The notes under the pieces: model-generated
Told to the model about the DNA's origin: nothing
The model's database searches: none
Seen by the model: only the letters and a program-made list of their open reading frames with translations
Shown: positions 1 through 12,314 of the stretch, piece after piece
Position numbering within the stretch: the first letter of the stretch is position 1
How the letters are laid out: the number at the start of each line of letters is the position of its first letter
Made by a program: the position numbers and the translations under genes
From: Cystobasidiomycetes sp. EMM_F5
Lineage: Eukaryota
NCBI GenBank assembly: GCA_051047955.1
Contig: JBPGPT010000004.1
Coordinates: forward strand, 124,001 to 188,000
DNA: 64,000 bases
Direction: 5' to 3'

Positions 1-484
1 GCGCAGTCTTTCGCCGCAAGATCGTTCGCCAAGCCCTGTTCGGATTCAAGCATTGAGTATGTTAGGGCGGGCAGGACGCCGCATTAGCGGATGCGCAACT
101 GCTTGCATGGACTGCATTATAGTCGAAGATTCAGCGGATCAAGAAGGTCAGGATCGGGAACCGCTCCTTGCCAGACGAAACCGCATTTTAGTCACTCGCG
201 GATATGTCGCACAGCAAAGGGGAATGGCATACGAGCAATCCAGAGCAGAGAGAAGAGAAGCTTCATAGCATGTTGTAGACACGGCATGTTCGTCAGAATG
301 TCTTTCGTTCGTCGTTGTGCTCTAGCGGTGCCTTCCGTCTGCATAAGCCAACGTCAGCCACCAGGCGGTAAAGGCGATGCCTTGCATACCACCCACAATC
401 CCCCAAAGCACGTCCTTTTGGATGCTACACGCTTGGCTCCTACTACCTCGACCAATTTCTTCAGTTCAACCCGACAACCTCACC

Positions 485-1339
485 ATGCCTCTTACCACGA
501 CTACCAACGCTCGCAAGGATTCCATGACAGGCGGTCAAGTCCTGAGTCAATTCAAAAACGCTCTGGAACGTCGACGATCCCTCGTATCCGACCCATCCGA
601 TCGTTCGGCAAATGTCCTGCCAGCGCTGCCAGCGCAACCGACACCGACAAAGCCAAGCCTGAAGATGCCAAACTTCTCTTCAGATGGCGCTTCTTTTCAG
701 ATATCCGGAAATGCCTCACCAGCTCAGGGGCGTAGCGGTTCTCCTGCCTCGGTAACCTCCATGAGTGCATCTCAGCAGAACTTGGCTTTTTCGCTGGCGG
801 GTTTGCCCTGGGTAGACCGTCCGCAGCATGTAGCTGGCCTGCGGACCGGTCAGAGCACACCACTGCGCTCAAAGACTTCAGATGCAAGTCTAAGCTCACA
901 GATCCGCGCGTCCAACTCAGGAAGTCCTGCCACAATGGCTCCTACAGCTGGCAAGACCCGCCGTAGACCTAACTCGATAAGCGCAGCCTCCCGGTCCTCG
1001 TCGCAAGGGCCAGTCAACACTGTTAGAAGTCGACCTTCGATCGGCAGCATTGCCGAATTAGAGGCGTCCATTGCAAGATTGCCGTCTAACCTCGGCACAC
1101 CCCTCGCCCTAACCCCAGGAGGATCGCGAAGTGGCACTCCTAGACAAGATATGTCACGACGTGGCAGCGGTGATCAGGGTGCGGAGGTGACGCAACGCGG
1201 CCGAGGCAGTGTCAGTGATCTGCGAGCTAGCAGCACAAGCAGACCATCATCCAAAAGCAGAGGGAACCCGGAAGAATCCGACATGACCTCCAGCGCGTAT
1301 TGGGGCATGATTCAGCGTGCTGCAGATGGCGGACGGTAG
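485..1339 (+). CDS. hypothetical Ser/Pro/Arg-rich, probably disordered protein
   Basis: Long single ORF (377..1339); best-context ATG (caccATG) at 485, MPLTTTTNARKDS; no recognisable domain. Confidence 0.6.
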   Translation: MPLTTTTNARKDSMTGGQVLSQFKNALERRRSLVSDPSDRSANVLPALPAQPTPTKPSLKMPNFSSDGASFQISGNASPAQGRSGSPASVTSMSASQQNLAFSLAGLPWVDRPQHVAGLRTGQSTPLRSKTSDASLSSQIRASNSGSPATMAPTAGKTRRRPNSISAASRSSSQGPVNTVRSRPSIGSIAELEASIARLPSNLGTPLALTPGGSRSGTPRQDMSRRGSGDQGAEVTQRGRGSVSDLRASSTSRPSSKSRGNPEESDMTSSAYWGMIQRAADGGR

Positions 1340-2849
1340 AAGAAGTAAGCCGAAAATCAGCCTATGCTTCGCCAAGAATGTCATTTCCACCCACCTTCCC
1401 CGTCGCTAATCCTGCCGTAAGATAGATCTATCTTGCACTGTATCTTGTAGCTATATTGTACCGTCTTACTTCTGTCCGCAAGGTTCGCATAGAATCTTGA
1501 TGAAATGTGCGTTGATACTGTGACATCTGTATGTCGCTACATGAGTGCATAAAGAGCTGGCCCAACCTTCTGCACTGTGAAGACATACTGATTTACTGAT
1601 TTGGGATCCAGCATATCGGAGAATGTCAACAGCTCAGCATCTAGCCGCTTCCTTTCGCCCTCAAGCGGCTCGAACAGATCTAACTCCTCGCAGCGTATTG
1701 AGTAGCTGCAGAGTGTCTCCGCTGAGAGTGCGTCTGCTGATTTATTTTTGTGTTAGATAGTGCGTCGAAATTATCCGTTTCATGACTGGGCCTAGACCTT
1801 TCATTGCAGTACAGCCTGGACAAAACGCAATGCCCACGTCGCTAGACGCCCTCCATTTCTTGCAGTGAAGATCGTCGTTCTGATATCTAACGCGAAGGGG
1901 AGAAGTACCCATAAAGTGGTGGCAATTTCGCACCGGCATTTGGCCTTTGTCTTAAAGGCAGTGTTATAAGACGCGGCGAGGTCCCCCGGTCAGACGTCGT
2001 CTGTTGAAGTCTTGTCATTTCTGGATTTGTGTGGGCTTATTGCCGCGTCCCCCTGTCTGGTCTAATCATTGCTCAGCTTGTTATTGCAATCGCATTAGTC
2101 GAGTAACAAGACAGCTCTCCCTAGATGCCACAATTTCATCCTCCACCTGCGCTGATAGTACCAAAGCACCGAAGCGGAGTGTTTAGGTCACGTAAGCCAG
2201 GCCCGCCTCGTCCTATCATGCCTCTTCATGACGGGCACGGAAGTTTCAGTCCACCTGGCTCTGCCAGTCCTCTTATCAGGGAACGCTTCCGATACAGATT
2301 TGCACGCAGCATTTTGGAGTGCTGCTGCGGATCTAGTAGGTCTTCAGTCGACTCCGCACAGGAAGCTACTCCTCCCAGCCGACCGTTGTCAAGCCGTGCA
2401 AACCTATCGCCTGAACAGCCTATCAGTGCGTCAGCCAGCTTCGCCAGCTTTCGTACAGAAAGTGCAAGAGCAAATGGGTCGCCAATTGCTAGCTCTATTC
2501 TGCGCGCTCCGTCACCGACAACTGGCTCTGGATCTCCCAGTATCCGCTCCGTTGCCAGATAGGCCCACTCGGACTGCGCGACTATCTTAGTCAAACGTGA
2601 GAGAGGATACGAGGAGATGTGACGAATGCGTAGTGCCGACAATACATCATGTTCTTGACTGCTCTTGTCGATTGCAGCTACGTTTGCCTTTGCCGAATCG
2701 ACCCATTAGAACGAGCTCCATGCACAAGACTGGGCGCACCTTCACCTCGCAGAGAATATATGCTCGCGACTACTTTGTCGCGCCGTCATCAGCTTGAATC
2801 AGTCTAGTCAGTGTTAACCCTGACGTCGATAAAATCCTGCAATCCAAAC

Positions 2850-4711
2850 ATGTCAAGTTCAGTGAATAGCACCAGGGCGAGCACACCCAACACGGCAGAC
2901 TCGAATGGCTCCAAGGACGACGAGCTCGAGCAGAGAGAGCTGCTGTCCAGCTCGGTGCGGTTGGATGGTCGTAGAGCGACTGACAGTGTAGCAGCGAGAT
3001 TGCCAGCCAAAGACTCCAACAACGGCAATGCATCCGTATACCTCTGGTTTCTGACTTCAATGATATCCATCTCGGGCTTGCTCTTTGGCCTCGATACTGG
3101 CATCATCAGTGAGTAACTTGGTCTCGTTGTCACTTCTGCGCCACTGATGCGGATTGATAGGTGGCATTCTGGTCAATATTGGGACTGGCTTAGGCCATAC
3201 TCTGACCAACGGCGACAAGGAGCTCATCGCTTCCATCACGACCGGCGGAGCTCTCATTGGTGGCATCGCAGCGGGCATAACGTCCGACAAGATTGGACGC
3301 AGAAGTCTGTTGATGCTGGCCGATGTCACATTCATTGCAGGTGCAGTCATCCAGGCTGTGGCACACAACATGGCAACAATGACTGCCGGTCGAGCGATCC
3401 TTGGCCTAGGAGTAGGCATGGCCTCATGCGTCTGCCCTTTGCTCATTTCCGAAATGGCTCCGACGCACCTGAGAGGTCGGCTTGTCACTGTGAACGTTGT
3501 CGCGAGTGCGTGATCTAGCTATCGCTCAAACATCGCCTAATCTTGACTTATTTCCGCCTTCTTAGTCACTTTCGGACAAGTAGTCGCGTACGCAATTGGC
3601 GCAGCTTTCGAAAAGTCATCGGGTGGTTGGAGATGGATGAGCGGTCTGTGTGCGATCCCTGCTGGCGTTCAGATCATCGCCCTTTACTTTCTGCCCGACT
3701 CGCCCAGACAACTGGTTCTGCGCAACAAGCTTGTCACGGCTAAAGCAGCGTTACACAAGATATACCCCAGTGAAGACACTACAGGTTTAGATTGCAAGAT
3801 ATCAGATCTACAACGTGAAAGTCATGACCAGGGTGTGATATTTGAGTCGCACCCACTGAAGCGAAGGATGCGAGATATCGTGCATATCGGATCGAATCGC
3901 CGGTCCTTGATCGTTGCTTGTGGCCTACAATTTCTGCAGCAACTGAGTGGCTTCAACACCCTCATGACCTTCTCGCCGACTTTGTTTGCATCCATGGGCT
4001 TTGATAATCCTACAGCTGTTGGCCTTATCGTCAGCGGCACAAATCTGCTCGGAACGCTCGTAGCGCTGAAATATATCGATATCATCGGGAGACGGCGCAT
4101 TCTGTGCTTCACGGTACCTGGAATGGTCATTGGCCTACTCATTGCGTCCGTAGCCTTCCACTTTTTGACGATCAATACGGGAGGAAAGCTGGATCCGACT
4201 GCAAATTACCCTGCAAGCTGGAGTGGTCTGGTGTTATTTGCAATGGTATTCTATGTTGCTTCGTATAGTACGTACTATTTCCTTATTGCACACCAGAGTT
4301 GCCTGACCTGCTTATGCGCAGGTACGGGTATTGGTAACGTTCCGTGGCAACAGGGCGAGCTCTTTACTATCGCTTATGTAGGTTATACGCTTATTCTTGT
4401 AGACCGAGCTAAATAGGAGTGTTCTACAGCGCGGGATTGGTACATCTTTGGCTACTGGTGCAAACTGGTCATCAAATCTGGTAATCTCCTCAACCTACTT
4501 GTCTCTCATCGATGCTATCACGCCGACCGGTGCCTTTGCCTTGTACGGTGGAATCTGCTTACTCGGCTTCCTTTTCGTCTATTTCTGTTATCCGGAAACG
4601 GCTGGTCTGGGGTTGGAGGAGGTGCAGACTATCTTCCAGCGGGGTTTTGGCATAAGGGCTTCAGCGGCCATGCGAGCCACGAGAAAAGAAACAGAAATGG
4701 CTAATGTTTAA
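2850..4711 (+). CDS. MFS sugar porter, myo-inositol transporter-like (multi-exon)
   Basis: ISGLLFGLDTGII, SDKIGRR, ISEMAPTHLRGRLV, PDSPR, LQQLSGFN, IDIIGRR, GIGNVPWQQGELF, YPETAG; GT-AG introns join ORFs 2811, 3154, 3637, 4448. Confidence 0.92.
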
Positions 4712-4857
4712 ACCGCTGTTTATCAGTCGGCCTTTCTTTGATCAGCCATATGATGTAAATAGATGCAGTAAATAAGTCGGTTGCACTATAGACACAACAA
4801 CTAATCATCTTGCGGACTGAAATCAATCCAACTGAACCCAACAACTACAAAACGAAT

Positions 4858-7800
4858 CTAGCTCGTCTTACGCTTCTTAGCGAACCTTCCGCCACTTGCT
4901 TCCGACGCTTCCTTACGCTTTTGCTCCTTGCCCATCTCGCGAAACTTCTCTTTCTTGCGATCCTTCTCGTGCTCCTGTCTCTTCGCATCGTCCTTGGCCA
5001 TTTTCTTGATCCTATTTTCACGACCTTCGGCCTTCTTCTCTTGCCGTTTCGCAACCTTGACTTTCTGGATAGCCTGAATCTGTTGTAACAAACCAATCGC
5101 TTTGCGTTCTTCCGGATCCAGTACTACCGCTCGTTTCTGCATATAGGTCTGCCGCTGCTGTGGCTTCTGCAGCTTCGGTTTGGACGCGTACGGCAGAGCA
5201 GCCTGCAGTTTGCGCGGTACCTTCAAAGTATTGAATTTTCGATCAGGCCGCTCAATCTTGTTGTAAAGGGAATTGACGTTCTTGGGCGTCTTGACCCCAT
5301 CTTGATGTCGAACTTCACCTGTAAGACGCATGCCTCGCCAAGATGATTTGTCTGCTAGTAAGAGACCGGATGCAGGGTTGTAGTACTTTCGAGGCTGAAT
5401 CTGGTACCATGCCCGGAGAAAGACAATATCGCTCATGAGAACTTTGTCCTCAAAGGCTGCCCTGAAATAGCCTTCGGGTTTTGGCAATGCCTTCTTTATC
5501 TGACCGCGTATACCGGAGACGGTGCGCAGATGCGCGCCCTCGAATTTCGCAACTTCCAACGAGCTGTTGAACATCTCTTTGATGTATGCAGTGTTCTTGA
5601 AAATTTTGTCTGTGAATGAGAATTAGTTTCGTGCCATCGTCTGGGTCTAAAATTTCCTTACGAGGTACACCGGTTAGCTTGAGCTTTTTGACGATCTGCG
5701 TGGAGCCATCGATGTCGTTCACTACACCAGTAGCAGACACCCGAAAAGTAGGTCTGTCATTGGTCATGTTGTTGAAGGCACAGAACCCGGTGTTTGGCGT
5801 AGAGATCGGTCCCCAGAAAGTGGCAAAGCAGTGCATGTGCTCAGGAGTGTACTTGAGCATCCTTTTTCTTACGCGACTGTCGTCGATGGAATAGATGGGC
5901 ACTGTTTGGAACCTCCTCCAGCCGATAGAGAAAACAAGAGGGTCGTTTGTCTTCAAGATCTTCGGATGCCAACGGTGCTTCTTCAACCGTACTTGAATAA
6001 AGCCAAAGTTCTCTTCGTGTGGCAGCAGACCGCCTACAACCAACGGAAACTTGGGGTTGAACTCTTGCAGCAGTTCGCATGGCACGCCGGAAAACTCCAG
6101 CCGAACGTAGCTTCCCGGCCTGTATCCTTCTACAAGAGCTCGAGTTTCAGCATCATCGTCTGCAAACTCTGCTTGTGTTGCCTCGAGGCGTTTGCGTAGA
6201 ATGTCCTTCTGCTCGGTGTAAAAGTCTGTTTTGTCATCCTCTTCCGAAGAACCGTCATATTCCGCGTCAAAGCGACGCTTTAAACGCTCCTTTTTAGCTG
6301 CCAGATCCTCGACTGGCGGAGATTGTGCTTTGGCCTTGCCGGCCTCAGCCTCGTCGCCCTCCTCATCTTGCGCCTCGAGATCTTCGAACCCCTGATCAGC
6401 ATCTTGCTGTGCTTCTTCATCGTTGTTGTTGCCAGATACGAATAAATGGCGGAATGATTCGATAATATCAGGATTCTGCCAATCAGGCTGAGCGACGGTC
6501 CCACGTTGTGGCTGTCGAAACCTGTCTTCATCGTCTGTCCCAGCTGATAATGCTGACCCGGATGCGAGCTGGAAGAGATCCTCGTCACGCTCTTCGTCGG
6601 CGAGAAGTGCATTGCTCGAATCGTTTCGGGCGAGGCTGCCGGTCTGCTGAGAATACACCTGGTCAGGTGTCAAGTCCGAAGAATATACCAAAGTCATAAG
6701 ATTCAGCCGGGAGCGAGATTGTGAGTCCGCGCAAGATTGCTGCGCTCGTGTATTCAGGTTTCGCTTCCACATCGGACCAGCTTCCTCGTCGGCATCTCCA
6801 TCCTCTTCCTCGCCCAGCAGATTATCAGCTTCATAATCTGGAATATCTCCGCCTCGATCGTTCTGTTCGTAGCCAACTCCAAGTCCATCCGTGTCAAGAT
6901 CGATGTCCGAGTCGCTTACATCATCGTATGCGACTGCACTTTCCTCGATATCGTCCTGGTCATCCAAAGCTGGCCCCAACTCTCTGTCGTCGTCGTCGTC
7001 GTTGTCACTTCCATCTTCACTATTGTCATCTGCATCACTTGCATCATCGTCATCATCCTCTCGAACCTCGTCCTCGCCGAATGCAAGTCTTCGCCGCCTT
7101 GCGCCGGTTGAGCTACCCTGCTGCGGCAGTGATAGAGGATTAGCATCGCCAGCAAACAAGCGTAATTGGGACCCCTTCATCCGGTCTCCCAATGTGTAAT
7201 CGACATCTTGAAGATCCATGACCATCTTTTCTCCTTCTCCCGCTAGCTCGTTGACACCGTCTTCGTCATCATCTGTCTTTCTCGTGAAGTTGCCGGCGGT
7301 ATTCACCCATACTCTGTCACCATCGAACGATACAGCTCCAGCACCTGCTCCCAGGAGACCGGCTGCACCTCCGCTGAAAGGTGCATGAACGAGACGGTTC
7401 TTGTCTGACAGTTTTCTTCGCTTCTCGCTTTCGATAGTCGGGAGCGGACACGGGTCTGCGAGCGCAGTAAGCTTTTCGACGGTAAAGGCATCCACGCCAC
7501 TGCCGGGGATATGTATACGAAGTGTGCTCGTCTGGGAGGGTATGCGCATCGGAATACCGCGCAGGTAGCCCCACATGGCAACTGTCCGATCGCATTTCGG
7601 ATTTGTACGAACCTCTTCTCGAGGCGTGAGATCCTCCAGCCGGTCTGCGAGAAGGTAGGAGTGTGAATTTCGGAATGTGAGAGGACGAAACTTGGCTACG
7701 CTGATGAAGCGTGATAGATTTAGTATTTCTCGGTCAGGATAACGACCGTTGATGACTCCGCTTAAATAGAACAATTTGGCGCCATCGTATACTTCGGTCC

Positions 7801-8575
7801 AGAATCGCCGTTTGAGACGCTTCTTCTGCTGCCGTAGGGTAGATTGAGACTTGATCAGGTCGAGATGTGTCAGGACGCCAATCAATTTTGGCAGACCATG
7901 CGAAGACATTGCAGAAAGCGCTTCAAACGTTTCCTAAGCAAGCAATGAAAGTTAGCAAGCGCAAATGCAAGAGCGGAGAGGATACTAACCATCTCCAAGC
8001 CAAAACTACCGTCAATCATTAGCAAGACCAGATCAGCAATCTTTGCCAAGTCTACCATTGCACCGAGGTCGTTGGGACACTCGATGACGGTAAGTCGGCG
8101 AGCTTTTCCGGTCACGACGGTGACGGGACCTTGAATGTCCGTCATGGTCGTCTTTGTATACCTCCGTATCAGACTGCGAACCAGAGTAGTCTTGCCGACC
8201 TGGTGGCGAAGATATTGTCAAATTTGTACACAACTACGCAGACTGGACTTGACTTACTCCTGGAGGCCCCATTACGGCCACGATGACTGGAGGAGGTCCA
8301 TCATCTTTGGACGAGGCAGGGCCAGACGCTCCGACAGTAGAACTTTTTGTCCCAGAAGGTCCTGCACCGAATCCGCCAAACGTCCTGTCGATAGCTGGTA
8401 CATGGAGCTTCTTCTGATCCTGCTCGACCTTTTGCCTCGCTAGCTTCTGCGCCTTTGCGCCAGACTTGTAGGCGAAAGCTTTCGGATTGTTACCCTTCTG
8501 GTGCTGCTGCTTTGCCTTTGCCTTGTCGGCTTTGGCGCCAGCTCTGTGCGGCTTGTTGGTCTGCTGCTCGCTCAT
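4858..8575 (-). CDS. BMS1: ribosome biogenesis GTPase Bms1 (multi-exon)
   Basis: PPPVIVAVMGPPGV/GKTT P-loop, DLAKIADLVLLMIDG, KKHRWHPKILKTNDPL, FEGAHLRTVSGIRGQIKK. Confidence 0.96.
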
Positions 8576-8721
8576 GGCTGCGACTCAGGTATGCATGGAT
8601 GTCATGGATTGCAGGCTTTTTGTGCAAGTAACTGTGTCGCAAAGTGGTCGTTTACGGACTTGTAAATTTGCAATTGAATTACTGCAGCTTGTCAATCGAC
8701 CATTAAATCTAAACAGCAAAT

Positions 8722-9177
8722 ATGGGCAGAGGCAAGACTACGCGTATGTGTGCTGGGTGCTATGGCCATACAGACGCTGACCAGGGTCAACAGGCCAGGC
8801 TAGGCGGGAGGAGCCAGCTCCAAGACCGATAGTCCTCCCAGCCAGTGCGGAGACTGAAGATACCCGTAAGTGGTCAGACTATCACCCTTTTACATACTCT
8901 GATCCTCGTACCTAGCCATTGCCGAAGTACGAACAGCGCCAGTTGCACAAACGAAGCAGAAGAAGTCGCAAGGTCCGTCGACCATCAAGTCAAAACGGCA
9001 GCGCGAGAAGGCCGTAAAGGCTGCAGGTGCGTCAGACTTCATACAGATACATATATATGACACATAGCTAATGGTATGCCGAAACATGCAGAGTTTGCAC
9101 AGCGTTTGGAAGCAAAGGCCGCTCAAAAGGAGCGCAGACAAGCCAAGAAGCTAGACGCAAAGAAGCTATGGGATTGA
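8722..9177 (+). CDS. small basic protein, Alb1/Ecm1-like pre-60S factor (4 exons, 96 aa)
   Basis: Exons 8722-8743, 8794-8865, 8916-9026, 9092-9177 joined by canonical introns give an open frame MGRGKTTRQARREE...SKRQREKAVKAAEFAQRLEAKAAQKERRQAKKLDAKKLWD*; C-terminus recalls the Alb1/Ecm1 helix. Confidence 0.72.
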
Positions 9178-9704
9178 AAAGAGTCTCCCACGCGCTGTAC
9201 AGAAGTCTCGACTGTCCTCGCAACAGGCGTACTACGCGGCGTACGCTCATAAGGACGCGATATCTACGTCATTCGCGCAAAGGGCAATGCAGCTGGGCAC
9301 TTCGCTGTGCGCAGCTTCATGAAATATACGAAGCTGGACGCTGGGAATATCTACAACTCAGATCACAGCTCGACACGCTACACGGACGATGGCCTGGCCG
9401 AGTCCAGGATTCAGTCCATTACGAAGTCCGTAGATCAGTCATTAGCTACGTGGGACTCAGTCACGAACAGAGTATCAGACTGTCTGTCGCACAGTCTAAT
9501 CATTACGACAGTGCAGTCATAACTTTCCTGTTGTTGCCACTTTACGTGTACAGTAATTTCGACTTTCGAAATTCTGAGCGAGTCTACAAATTTTCGTCCA
9601 TTACAACAAGAGCAGGCAAAGTCTGAAGCTGAGATTTCTGACGCCTGCAGCTCAAGGGCAACAGCGACAAGCCAGCGTACTGCCGCTCAGCCAGTCAGCT
9701 AGCC

Positions 9705-11475
9705 ATGTCTGCAAATGCGGCAGAGACTGCCGACCAGACGTGAGTTTGCGATACGTTTGGAGCATGGAGCTGGACTTTATTTCGATATCGTGGCATGCTG
9801 GACTACGTACTGACCCTTCGTTCAATCTGTCCCGCTCAATCCATACTCTTACGGCCTCGCTCACAGCATTCAAATATGGAAAATGAAACGGCTCGTAAAG
9901 AGCCTCGAAGCAGCCAGAGGCGCTGGAACGAGCATGATCTCGCTCATCATGCCGCCCCGGTCACAGATTGCCCTCATGTCGAGCATGTTGGCGACCGAGT
10001 ACGGTACAGCTTCAAACATCAAGTCTCGCGTAAATCGCCTGTCTGTGCTCTCGGCCATCACGTCCGTGCAGCATCGCCTCAAGCTATACAACAAGGTGCC
10101 CCCAAATGGACTCATCATCTACTGCGGGACCATCCTTACCGTAAGAGTCGACGTCCACATTCGGATTCGATCCATGCTGACCCATTCCTGCAGGATGAAG
10201 GCAAGGAGAAAAAGGTCAATTTCGACTTTGAGCCCTTCAAACCCATCAACACTCAACTGTACCTTTGCGACAACAAATTCCATACCGAAGCTCTGGCTGA
10301 ACTGCTAGAAAGCGATGCCAAATTTGGCTTCATCATCATGGACGGTAATGGAGCTCTCTTCGGTACTCTAGCTGGAAATACGCGCGAAGTCATCCACAAG
10401 GTGTGTTGTCAGCCTTACTGGTATGGGCTCTCATTAAGCTCATAAGTGTCCTGCAGTTTTCCGTCGATCTGCCAAAGAAGCACGGTCGTGGTGGTCAATC
10501 TGCTCTTCGTTTTGCACGTTTGCGAGAGGAGAAGCGGCACAACTATGTCCGCAAAGTTGCCGAGTTGGCAGTACAGCACTTTATTCCGAACGGAGAAAAA
10601 GTCAACGTGCAAGGTATCGTGTTGGCCGGGTCTGCTGATTTTAAGACAGACTTGCACGGATCAGACATGTTTGATCAGCGCTTGGTTGCCAAAGTCATCA
10701 AGGTTGTCGATGTGTCGTATGGTGGCCTGAACGGCTTCAATCAAGCTATCGAGCTTGCAGCCGAGTCACTCAGCAATGTCAAGTTCGTCCAGGAGAAGAA
10801 GTGAGTCGTAATCCGTACAGAAATGGGTGCCCTCTGACGCATCGTTCCAGACTCATCCAATCGTACTTTGACGAAATATCACATGATACTGGCAAGATCT
10901 GTTTCGGCGTCGATGATACTTTGCGCGGTCTGGAACTCGGTGCAGTCGAGACTCTAATTGTGTGGGAGAATTTGGATGTCTTCCGCCACACCCTTCGTGA
11001 TGCCAGTGGAAAAGAAGTTATTGTACACTCTCGGCCGCCATCCAACACTGCCATCAACTATGCATCAGCAGAAGCAAAGGCGGCAGCGGCAGCAGCGGGT
11101 GGCGTTAGCACAAATTTGGCGTCAATCCAAGAGTCCGACAGAGCCAAGTTCATGGACGCCAGTACGGGCGCCGAGATGGAGAAGGTATCGGAGCCCGTGC
11201 CTTTGCTAGAATGGCTCGCAGAGAACTATCAACAATTCGGAGCTCAGCTTGAATTTGTGACTGGTAAGCATGCATCGCTTTTCGAAAGTGTGGAATATCT
11301 AAAGTAGTAGGATTCGCCTCCATCAGACCGATCTCAAGAGGGCAACCAATTCGTTAAAGGTTTCGGCGGTATCGGCGGCATGCTGCGGTACAAGGTAGAC
11401 TTCGGCCTGATTGCAGACTCGCTCGAAGCGGGCGAAGACGACGAATTTTTCGACTCCGATGAGGATTACATCTAG
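9705..11475 (+). CDS. SUP45: eukaryotic peptide chain release factor 1 (multi-exon)
   Basis: [12 protein letters not shown] (NIKS), [18 protein letters not shown] (GGQ), terminal [11 protein letters not shown]; short first exon [11 protein letters not shown] from ATG 9705. Confidence 0.97.
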
Positions 11476-12314
11476 GATGCAGGCACTTGCAGCCGGCCGG
11501 AGCCTCAGGCAGTCACTGCTTCCAAAAGCCTCGTGGATGAGGTGGCTGCCGAGAGATGGAAATCCGTAAATTTACCCGAGGGCCGCAGGTTACAACATCC
11601 GCCATGCAGCCTGTCACCTTCAGCGTGCTCATTTCTGGCATCGCTCCTACTTTTACGTCGATTCCTGGTTCCCAATTCGATTCCCGCAGTTTTGCGCATA
11701 CCTCACGGAGCACTTTCCTTTTGTGCAAGCCCTACTTGACTAAGGTTGATAGTCGATCAAGACGATCTGGAGTAGTTGCATTTGTGTATCCGCTAGCAGT
11801 TATGACTGCTGAATATGGACTGATTAGTCAACCAAACTGACCGGTTGACGTTACATGCCCACTCGATACATGCTGAACTTCATGACAACTAGTGCATGCT
11901 CACATCCTAAAACTAACGTAAATACTTTACGCGAACTGATCAGCGTCCGAAAGTTGTGTCGGGAAAGCGAAGCGAAGGTGTGGATCACATTGGGGATGAT
12001 CCACCACTCTCCTAGCTTCATGAAGTCGTCGTGACTTTCTGGGTGTGACTTAAGTATCCAGGACGCACTAACAATCACGCGGCCGTACGAGAAGCATTGC
12101 TTCCATTGGAACGGAATGGGCGCCGAAAACCAGCATGGACAGCCTGTGCGGGCGCACGCTCGTATGCCATCTATCCCAAAGTCTCGTCAACTTATTCCTG
12201 CCCTTTGACGGTGTTTGGTCGTTTCGTCCTCGGCCTCAGCCCGTCCGAGCATAAGGGCTCGGACTTACCGCCGAAACGTACATGTATGTACGAGCATCTT
12301 CATGTGTATAACAA

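Noticed and set aside
1540..2650. Several open stretches on the minus strand (e.g. ORF 2226..2642) suggesting a gene or relic
   Set aside because: Could not build a consistent spliced model or recognise a domain; left unannotated
5575..5660. Frame change between BMS1 ORFs
   Set aside because: Explained by an ordinary GT-AG intron, not a frameshift
9178..9700. Short ORFs between the Alb1-like gene and eRF1
   Set aside because: No motif or splice support; probably UTR/promoter sequence
9930..10290. Variant-code eRF1 or altered genetic code
   Set aside because: GTS, NIKS and YxCxxxF are canonical and genes end in TAA, TAG and TGA
11500..12300. Small ORFs downstream of eRF1
   Set aside because: No recognisable homology or coherent exon chain
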